Shown here in pieces: positions 5,335 to 10,874 of a DNA stretch of 10,874 nucleotides. Position 1 is the first letter of the stretch. Every line of letters begins with the position of its first letter. Both the position numbers and the translations under genes were made by a program. The notes below the pieces were generated by a model, which did no database searches, was not told the DNA's origin, and saw only the letters and a list, made by a program, of their open reading frames with translations. The stretch comes from Candidatus Iainarchaeum sp. (GTDB lineage: Archaea; Iainarchaeota; Iainarchaeia; Iainarchaeales; 0-14-0-20-30-16): NCBI GenBank assembly GCA_903916665.1, contig CAIWXP010000021.1, positions 1 to 10,874 on the forward strand, written 5' to 3'.

Positions 5335-7965
5335 ATGTTTAAGAGAATTGGTGCTTTAAAGTTAGGTGTTTACTCACCCGAACAAATTAGAAAAATGTCA
5401 GTTATAGAAATCAAAACATCTGATCTATATGATAAAGATGGATTTCCTATTGAAGGAGGGTTAATGGATCCTCATTTAGGTATTGCAGATAGAGGAAGAC
5501 GTTGTAAGACCTGTGGTCAAACCGTTGAAAAATGTGTTGGACACTTTGGTAGATTAGAATTAGTTAGACCTGTAATACATGTTGGTTTTTTTAAGAAAGT
5601 AGATTTTTTAGTAAATACTACCTGTAGAAATTGTGGTAAATTATTATTCTCAGATGCAGAAATTGAAACATTGAGAAATAGAGATTCTGATGTTGAAGAA
5701 TTGCATAGAGCAATGTTGGTAAAAGCAAAAGGAAAAACAACTTGTCCCTATTGTGCAACACAAAAATTAATAACTAAATTAGATCCTCCAACAAATTTTT
5801 ACACAATTGAAAAAGAAGAAGGAGTAGATAAATTAACAAGATTATTTCCAAATCAAATTAGAGAATGGTTTGTTAAAATACCTACCAATGATTTAGAAAA
5901 AGTTGGAATGAAAAATGTTAGACCAGAATGGTTTATTTTAACAGTATTTCCAATTCCTCCTGTAAACGTTCATCCACCAATAACATTGGATAATGGATTA
6001 AAATCAGAGGATGATTTAACCTATAAATTATCTGATATTGTTACAGTTAATAATAGATTAAGAGATAACATAAATGCAGGAACTCCGCAATTAATTATTG
6101 AAGATTTGTGGATGCTATTGCAATACAATATTACAACCTATATTAATAATAATTCTCCTGGTGTCCCTCCTGCAAAACACAGATCAGGAAGACCATTAAA
6201 AACAATTATACAAAGAATAAAAGGTAAGGGCGGAATAATTAGAAATAATCTAATGGGAAAAAGAGTTAATTATGCTGCAAGAACAACAATAACTCCAGAT
6301 ATGTTTATTGGTGTTGATGAAATTGGATTACCAAAAGAAATTGCAGACACATTAACAATAAAAGAAAAAATAACAGATTATAATTTAGAATTATATAAAG
6401 AAATGTTACAAAATAAAAATGTAATAAAATATGTAATTAGACCCGATGGTTCAAGAAAAAAAGTTAGTGCAGAATTAAGAGAACAATTGTTAGTAGATTT
6501 AGCACCAAAATATATTATTGAAAGATCTCTAATAGAAGGAGATTATGTGTTATTTAATAGACAACCAACTTTACATAAAGGTTCTATTATGGCACATAAA
6601 GTAAAAATTACAAATGGAAATACATTTAGAATGAATGGATCTTCTACTCAGCCTTACAACGCAGATTTCGATGGAGATGAAATGAACGTACATGTTCCTC
6701 AAACTCCCGAGGGTATAATGGAAACAAAAGAATTAATTTCTTTAAAACAACAATTAATTTCTCCAAGATCAGGGGACCCTGCAATAGTATTAATGGAAGA
6801 TGCAATTGCTGGAACATTTATGTTAACTTTTCCAACAATGAAAATATCTAGAGATTTGGCAATGCATTATTTCCATATAATGGGATTAGAAAATATAATT
6901 TTACCAAACAATGGTGACGAATATACAGGAAAAGAAATATTTAGTGCATTATTACCAAAAGATATTAATATGACTTTTGAATCGGCAGAAATTTCAGGAA
7001 TATTAAAATCAATTAATCCTGAAAATCCAGTGTATAAAATAATTAAAAAAGAATTAGTTGTTAATATCGAAAATGGAATATTAAAATCTGGTTGTTTTGG
7101 TGTTTGTGGTGTTGGAAAAAAAGGTGCAAAAATTGTACAAGAAATTTATGATAGACACGGACCAGATGCTGTAATTGAATTCTATAATAAATTAGGAATT
7201 ATAGCTTCTGATTTAGCAACAAGATATGGATTAAGTTTAGGTTTAAGAGATTATAATTTACCAGAAAGTTTTGAAGGTTTTAAAGAAAGTAAATTAGATG
7301 ACTTCTTTAAAGAAACAAGAAATTTTGAAAAAAAATATAAAGAAGGAAAGTTAGAAAAGGTTCCTGGTAAAAGTATTAAAGAATCTTTTGAATATTACAT
7401 GATGAGAAGTGGAGCAATTTGTAAAGATGATATTGAAAAATATATCTTAAATGAAAGAATTGCAGATTTATTTTGTGATAAACCAATCTATGGTGCTTTG
7501 GTATTAGCATTATCTGGTGCAAAAGGTTCTAGTGTAAATTTAACAAATGTTGCAGGACTTTGGGGTCAGGTAGCAGTAAGAGAAAAAAGACCCTATAGAG
7601 GATTTTCACAAAGAGTATTACCAATGTATAAAAGAGGAGATGAAGGTCCATTAGCAAGAGGTTTTGTAACAAAGAATTTTTTGAAAGGATTATCTCCAAG
7701 AGAAACTTTTTTCCACGCAATGGGTGGTAGAGAAGGAGAAGTAGACACAGCGGTTGCAACAAAAGTATCAGGATATTTGTATAGAAGAGTTTCTAATGCA
7801 ATGAGAGATATAATTGTTTTCCAAGATAGAAGTGCAAGAACAGTTGATAATAAATTAATACAGTATAAATATGGTGATGATGGTTGCTATACTCAAAATA
7901 CAAATAGAGGACTATTGTTTACTGATTCAAGATTGAGACACATCTTGGAAAAGATGGATAATTAA
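5335..7965 (+). CDS. rpoA1: DNA-directed RNA polymerase subunit A' (N-terminal part of split Rpo1)
   Basis: Motifs: zinc site CKTCGQTVEKCVGHFG, second zinc site CRNCG...CPYC, catalytic YNADFDGDEMNVHVPQT, and bridge helix FFHAMGGREGEVDTAVATKVSGYLYRRV. Start ATG 5335 (MFKRIGALKLGVYSPEQIRKMSV) has GGTG at 5326-5329. The track start TTG 5320 overlaps the rpoB1 stop and is probably over-extended. Confidence 0.97.
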   Translation: MFKRIGALKLGVYSPEQIRKMSVIEIKTSDLYDKDGFPIEGGLMDPHLGIADRGRRCKTCGQTVEKCVGHFGRLELVRPVIHVGFFKKVDFLVNTTCRNCGKLLFSDAEIETLRNRDSDVEELHRAMLVKAKGKTTCPYCATQKLITKLDPPTNFYTIEKEEGVDKLTRLFPNQIREWFVKIPTNDLEKVGMKNVRPEWFILTVFPIPPVNVHPPITLDNGLKSEDDLTYKLSDIVTVNNRLRDNINAGTPQLIIEDLWMLLQYNITTYINNNSPGVPPAKHRSGRPLKTIIQRIKGKGGIIRNNLMGKRVNYAARTTITPDMFIGVDEIGLPKEIADTLTIKEKITDYNLELYKEMLQNKNVIKYVIRPDGSRKKVSAELREQLLVDLAPKYIIERSLIEGDYVLFNRQPTLHKGSIMAHKVKITNGNTFRMNGSSTQPYNADFDGDEMNVHVPQTPEGIMETKELISLKQQLISPRSGDPAIVLMEDAIAGTFMLTFPTMKISRDLAMHYFHIMGLENIILPNNGDEYTGKEIFSALLPKDINMTFESAEISGILKSINPENPVYKIIKKELVVNIENGILKSGCFGVCGVGKKGAKIVQEIYDRHGPDAVIEFYNKLGIIASDLATRYGLSLGLRDYNLPESFEGFKESKLDDFFKETRNFEKKYKEGKLEKVPGKSIKESFEYYMMRSGAICKDDIEKYILNERIADLFCDKPIYGALVLALSGAKGSSVNLTNVAGLWGQVAVREKRPYRGFSQRVLPMYKRGDEGPLARGFVTKNFLKGLSPRETFFHAMGGREGEVDTAVATKVSGYLYRRVSNAMRDIIVFQDRSARTVDNKLIQYKYGDDGCYTQNTNRGLLFTDSRLRHILEKMDN

Positions 7966-7975
7966 CGGTGATGAT

Positions 7976-9190
7976 ATGCAAGAATTACCAACTTATATGA
8001 CTAAAAAAATAAATGATTTTGTAGAAAAAAATGCATTAACAGGAAGAAGAAAAGAAAAATTTTTAGAATCTTGTGATGCATATTATGAAGAAAATCAAGT
8101 TCCTATCTATGAGCCTGTTGGAATATTAACTGCACATAGTATGTGTGAACCAGCAACTCAGATGACATTGAGAACAAAGCACTACGCGGGTGCTGCCGAA
8201 GTTTCTGTTGGATCAGGAATAAAAAGATTGGAAGAATTAGTGGATGCAAGAAATAAAACAAAATATCCAGTTATGACATTATTTATTAGAGAAGGATTGA
8301 AGACAGATAAAAATTCAATGGAAAATTATTTGAAACAAATAATTTACAAAAAGTTTTCTGATATTGTAACAATAAAAGAAAATTTAGAAAAAACAAGAAT
8401 AACTGTTATATATGATACAAAAACTTTGAATGAATATAATTTGAAAAAAGAAGATTTGTATAAAACATTAAAAGGAATATTAAAATTAAGTGTAATTGTA
8501 GAAATTGAAAATGGTTTTGAAGTTTCATTTAAAGAACAAACATTATTAACAGTAAGAAAATATTTTATGAAGTTATTAGATTTAGGATTTATTGGTATAG
8601 TTGGAATTCAAGATGCAATAATTGCTGATGAATTTGGCGAAACAGTAATAAAAACTCAAGGATCAAATTTAAAAGATATTTCTGGTTTAGAATTTGTTGA
8701 TGTTTATAGATCTTACACCAATGATATTTTTGAAATATATAAAGTATTTGGAATTGAATCTGCAAGAGAATTATTAGTAAGAGAAATTGCAGAAGTATAT
8801 AAAAAATCAGGAATTCCTGTTGATCTAAGACACATATTACTTTTAGTGGACGCAATGTGCTACGATGGTGAAGTTTTAGGTGTGGTAAGAACTGGTATTA
8901 TTAGTACTAAGAAAAGTCCATTTGCAAGAGCTGCATTTGAACAAACCGAAAAAGTTTTATTTAACTCTGCATTGTACGGAGAAGAAGAAGAATTTGAAGG
9001 TGTTGTTGAGAATGTAATGGCGGGTCTTCCAATAAATATTGGTGTTGGAAGAGTTAATTTAGAAATGGATTTTACAAAAATACCTAGAGACAAAGATAAT
9101 CCTGCGGCAGTTTTAAAAAAGAAAGCAGCAGAAATTAAAGTTGCAGGCTCAAAAACATCGGAAGAAATAAAAGCAGAATTGGGCATTTAA
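7976..9190 (+). CDS. rpoA2: DNA-directed RNA polymerase subunit A'' (C-terminal part of split Rpo1, trigger loop)
   Basis: Trigger-loop region CEPATQMTLRTKHYAGAAEVSVGSGIKRLEELVDAR and a C-terminal AAFEQT...GLPINIGVG-type motif. ATG 7976 is preceded by GGTGAT (7967-7972), 10 nt after the rpoA1 stop. Confidence 0.95.
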   Translation: MQELPTYMTKKINDFVEKNALTGRRKEKFLESCDAYYEENQVPIYEPVGILTAHSMCEPATQMTLRTKHYAGAAEVSVGSGIKRLEELVDARNKTKYPVMTLFIREGLKTDKNSMENYLKQIIYKKFSDIVTIKENLEKTRITVIYDTKTLNEYNLKKEDLYKTLKGILKLSVIVEIENGFEVSFKEQTLLTVRKYFMKLLDLGFIGIVGIQDAIIADEFGETVIKTQGSNLKDISGLEFVDVYRSYTNDIFEIYKVFGIESARELLVREIAEVYKKSGIPVDLRHILLLVDAMCYDGEVLGVVRTGIISTKKSPFARAAFEQTEKVLFNSALYGEEEEFEGVVENVMAGLPINIGVGRVNLEMDFTKIPRDKDNPAAVLKKKAAEIKVAGSKTSEEIKAELGI

Positions 9191-9206
9191 TATTATAATT
9201 TATAAT

Positions 9207-9292
9207 GGGTGAATTTTTATGGTGCAGTTGATAATTTTTCAGAAAGAAAAGATTATACAACAGGCATCATAAATAAAGGGGAGATATTTATG
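9207..9292 (+). promoter_or_regulatory. Leader-like module copy 2 (SD + 17-codon mini-ORF + bulged hairpin + SD) upstream of rpl30e
   Basis: GGGTGA (9207-9212) lies 6 nt before ATG 9219, which opens MVQLIIFQKEKIIQQAS ending at TAA 9270-9272. Hairpin: GTTGATAAT (9227-9235) pairs with ATTATaCAAC (9252-9261, a9257 bulged) around a 16-nt loop, the same geometry as copy 1. From the TTATGG core start to the downstream main ATG is 73 nt here and 72 nt in copy 1. Confidence 0.4.
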
Positions 9293-9586
9293 ACAATAGA
9301 AGTTGAATTGAAAAGAGCATTTAAAACAGGAACTATTAAAATAGGTTTAAAAGATACTGAAAAATGTGTGTTATTTGGAAGTTCTAAAGGAGTGGTAATG
9401 TCACTAAATGCTTTAGAAGCAGATAAACTAAGATTAAAGTATTTTTGTGAATTGACAAAGATACCCTTTGTTTTAGTAAATCATATTCCTACTGAGTTAG
9501 GAAAAGTAATTGGATTAGCCTATCCTGTTAGTGCAGTTAGTGTTGTAGATGAAGGAAAATCTAAAATATTATCTGAATTGGCATAA
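9290..9586 (+). CDS. rpl30e: 50S ribosomal protein L30e (eL30)
   Basis: The 98-aa product MTIEVELKRAFKTGTIKIGLKDTEKCVLFGSSKGVVMSLN...ELGKVIGLAYPVSAVSVVDEGKSKILSELA fits the L7Ae/L30e fold pattern, and the gene sits in the canonical position after rpoA2. SD GGGGAG (9278-9283) lies 6 nt before ATG 9290. The track start GTG 9209 adds 27 residues with no homology-like support. Confidence 0.85.
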   Translation: MTIEVELKRAFKTGTIKIGLKDTEKCVLFGSSKGVVMSLNALEADKLRLKYFCELTKIPFVLVNHIPTELGKVIGLAYPVSAVSVVDEGKSKILSELA

Positions 9587-9602
9587 ATAGTTACATTTTT
9601 AA

Positions 9603-9645
9603 AGAAAAAGGACGTAATTATATTACCTTTTTCTAGTTTTTATTT
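9603..9645 (+). terminator. Hairpin plus oligo-T tracts downstream of rpl30e (terminator-like)
   Basis: AGAAAAAGG (9603-9611) pairs perfectly with CCTTTTTCT (9626-9634) around a 14-nt loop. T5 runs occur at 9628-9632 and 9637-9641, then TTT at 9643-9645. Archaeal RNAP is known to terminate at oligo-dT tracts. The position, 17 nt after the rpl30e stop, fits. Confidence 0.4.
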
Positions 9646-9675
9646 AAAACTAAGTTAAATTTTTAGAAAATTGTT

Positions 9676-9700
9676 AAAATTTTATATTTTTATATTTTGA
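9676..9700 (+). promoter_or_regulatory. TATA-like box(es) upstream of rps12
   Basis: AAAATTTTATATTTTTATATTTTGA. The TTTATATT box at 9681-9688 ends 22 nt before ATG 9710, compatible with a leaderless or very short-leader transcript. Alternatively GAGTGAT (9699-9705) serves as an SD. The 14-mer AAATTTTATATTTT recurs upstream of rps7. Confidence 0.3.
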
Positions 9701-9709
9701 GTGATATGA

Positions 9710-10138
9710 ATGAGTAATGGTGAATTTGCAGCAAGAAAAATGATTAAAGATAAGAAAAAATGGCAAAAAAAACAAGGAAAGTTTATGAAGAAGTGGAAAA
9801 GAGACACTGGTAATCTAAAGGACCCTTTTGATGGTGCTCCTATGAGATCGGGGATTGTTTTGGCAAAAAGAACAGTTGAAGCAAAACAGCCAAACTCAGG
9901 ATTAAGAAAATGTGTAAGAGTACAATTAACAAATGGTGTAAAAGTTACAGCATTGGCCCCTAAAGATGGTGCAATAAAATATATTGATCAACATGATGAA
10001 GTAACAATATCTGGTATTAACGGATCTAAGGGTGGACCAAAAGGAGATCTTTGGGGTGTGTCATATAAGGTTGAAAAAGTTAATGGTATATCTTTAGAAC
10101 AATTAAGAAAAGGAAAGAAAGAAAAAACAAAGAGATAA
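9710..10138 (+). CDS. rps12: 30S ribosomal protein S12 (uS12)
   Basis: Archaeal/eukaryotic-type uS12 signature: FAARKM, DPFDGAPMRSGIVL, VEAKQPNSGLRKCVRVQL, DGAIKYIDQHDEV, GDLWGVSYKVEKVNG. Confidence 0.95.
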   Translation: MSNGEFAARKMIKDKKKWQKKQGKFMKKWKRDTGNLKDPFDGAPMRSGIVLAKRTVEAKQPNSGLRKCVRVQLTNGVKVTALAPKDGAIKYIDQHDEVTISGINGSKGGPKGDLWGVSYKVEKVNGISLEQLRKGKKEKTKR

Positions 10139-10157
10139 TTATTAAATTAAAATGTAT

Positions 10158-10172
10158 AAATTTTATATTTTG
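10158..10172 (+). promoter_or_regulatory. TATA-like box upstream of rps7 (repeat of the rps12 upstream box)
   Basis: AAATTTTATATTTTG at 10158-10172. Its first 14 nt are identical to 9677-9690. It ends only about 15 nt before ATG 10187, which is short for a canonical TATA-to-TSS distance, so promoter function is uncertain. Confidence 0.2.
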
Positions 10173-10186
10173 GAAAAGGGATAAAC

Positions 10187-10786
10187 ATGAGAGTTTTTGG
10201 AAAATGGGATGCTAGCGAAATAAAAATAAAAGATGCAGGATTAGTTCCATATATTACTTTGGAAAATAAATTATCTATGCATACTTTTGGTGCATCAACA
10301 GCACAGGGAAAAAGTAAAGAAAGAATTAATATTATTGAAAGATTAGTAAATAAATTAATGAGATCTGGACAGGGTAAGAAAAAATTAGGTGGAAAATTTT
10401 ATAGAGGAAGATTAAACTGCGGAAAAAAATTATTATCATTAAAAGCAGTTGATGAAGCTTTCGATACTATAAATAAAAAAACAGGAAAAAATCCAATACA
10501 AGTTTTTATTGAAGCATTGGAAAACTCAACACCTAATGAAGATGTAACAAGAATTACAAAAGGTGGAGTTGCATCTGCAGAATCAGTTGATGTTGCACCA
10601 ATTAAAAAATTAGATGAAGCAATAAAAAATATTGTTTTAGCAACATTTGCAAATACATTTAGTTCAAAAAATACATTTTCAGATACTTTGGCTAGCGAAA
10701 TAATGTTAGCTGCAAGTAAAGATCAAAAAAGTTATTCAATTAAAAGAAAAGATGAAATTGAAAGAATTGCAAGATCATCAAGATAG
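10187..10786 (+). CDS. rps7: 30S ribosomal protein S7 (uS7)
   Basis: Archaeal uS7 pattern: FGKWDASEIKIKDAGLVPYI, IIERLVNKLMRSG, NPIQVFIEALENSTPNEDVTRI, KRKDEIERIARSSR at the C-terminus. Canonical position after rps12. AAGGG (10176-10180) lies 6 nt before the ATG. Confidence 0.95.
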   Translation: MRVFGKWDASEIKIKDAGLVPYITLENKLSMHTFGASTAQGKSKERINIIERLVNKLMRSGQGKKKLGGKFYRGRLNCGKKLLSLKAVDEAFDTINKKTGKNPIQVFIEALENSTPNEDVTRITKGGVASAESVDVAPIKKLDEAIKNIVLATFANTFSSKNTFSDTLASEIMLAASKDQKSYSIKRKDEIERIARSSR

Positions 10787-10803
10787 TGAAAAAATTTATG
10801 AGA

Positions 10804-10837
10804 TATGTGTAAAATAGCTCAAACATTTTTACACATA
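10804..10837. terminator. Perfect 11-bp hairpin with T5 tract after rps7 (terminator-like, possibly bidirectional)
   Basis: TATGTGTAAAA (10804-10814) is the exact reverse complement of TTTTACACATA (10827-10837), with a 12-nt loop. T5 at 10826-10830 on the + strand. It begins 18 nt after the rps7 stop. Confidence 0.4.
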
Positions 10838-10874
10838 CCTCAGATGTCTCTCTTGCGAGTGCCTTTCTGAGGCA
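10838..10874. other. G+C-enriched structured sequence truncated by window end (unassigned: ncRNA start or 3' end of a convergent gene)
   Basis: Local G+C is visibly higher than in the rest of the window. 7-bp inverted repeat CCTCAGA (10838-10844) / TCTGAGG (10866-10872). Nested small hairpin CTC-ttgc-GAG (10850-10859). No long + strand ORF starts here. Confidence 0.25.

Noticed and set aside
2402-9186. Antisense ORFs inside RNAP genes (2402-2656, 3014-3205, 3702-3902, 7529-7762, 8589-8855, 8860-9186, all minus strand)
   Set aside because: All lie fully antisense to strongly supported rpoB/rpoA coding sequence. Their translations are L/I/F/Q-rich low-complexity strings typical of the reverse complement of A-rich coding DNA, with no SD-like context.
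9209-9289. GTG-initiated 27-aa N-terminal extension of L30e (track ORF 9209-9586)
   Set aside because: L30e proteins are about 100 aa. ATG 9290 has its own GGGGAG SD, and the extension has no L30e-like sequence.
10859-10874. Anticodon-like stem-loop TGCC-tTTCTga-GGCA, which could be read as tRNA-Arg(UCU) cut by the window edge
   Set aside because: The upstream 25-28 nt give no acceptor/D-arm cloverleaf: there is no complementary D-stem and the only local hairpin has a 4-nt loop. It also conflicts with the stronger 7-bp CCTCAGA/TCTGAGG pairing. No T-arm motif is visible on either strand. It is kept only as part of the unassigned structured region.
1-10874. Mobile elements, CRISPR arrays, inteins or frameshifts within the RNAP genes
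   Set aside because: There are no direct-repeat arrays, no transposase/integrase-like ORFs and no terminal inverted repeats. The RNAP subunit lengths (about 490, 604, 877 and 404 aa) are typical and the conserved motifs are contiguous, so there is no sign of inteins or disruptions.

Overview
Strongly AT-rich (roughly 30% G+C by eye, not computed) archaeal chromosomal segment. Most of it is the conserved archaeal RNA polymerase / ribosomal protein cluster on the + strand: rpoH - rpoB2 (B'') - rpoB1 (B') - rpoA1 (A') - rpoA2 (A'') - rpl30e - rps12 - rps7. Both large RNAP subunits are split (B''/B' and A'/A''), and all catalytic and zinc motifs are readable in the translations (NADFDGDEMN, bridge helix, trigger loop, GDKFSSKHGQKG, CxxC clusters). 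Several normally invariant positions are diverged, which fits a fast-evolving, compact lineage (possibly DPANN-like; this is inference only). Most genes have a GGTG/GGGG-type Shine-Dalgarno 4-8 nt upstream of the start, and several track ORFs are over-extended at alternative starts. The left flank holds two non-core genes. One is a possibly 5'-partial protein with a C-terminal membrane anchor. The other is a minus-strand GAF-like + GGDEF diguanylate cyclase with an intact GGEEF active site, transcribed divergently from rpoH across about 150 nt. The main second-look items are: (1) the bacterial-type c-di-GMP synthase physically linked to archaeal marker genes; (2) a roughly 75-nt leader-like module (SD + mini-ORF starting M-x-x-L-I-I + conserved bulged hairpin + SD + ATG) present twice, in the unusually long rpoB2/rpoB1 spacer and upstream of rpl30e; (3) nusA missing between rpl30e and rps12, with terminator-like and promoter-like sequence in its place; (4) a G+C-enriched structured sequence cut by the right window edge. 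I saw no CRISPR array, transposase/integrase, rRNA or convincing tRNA.
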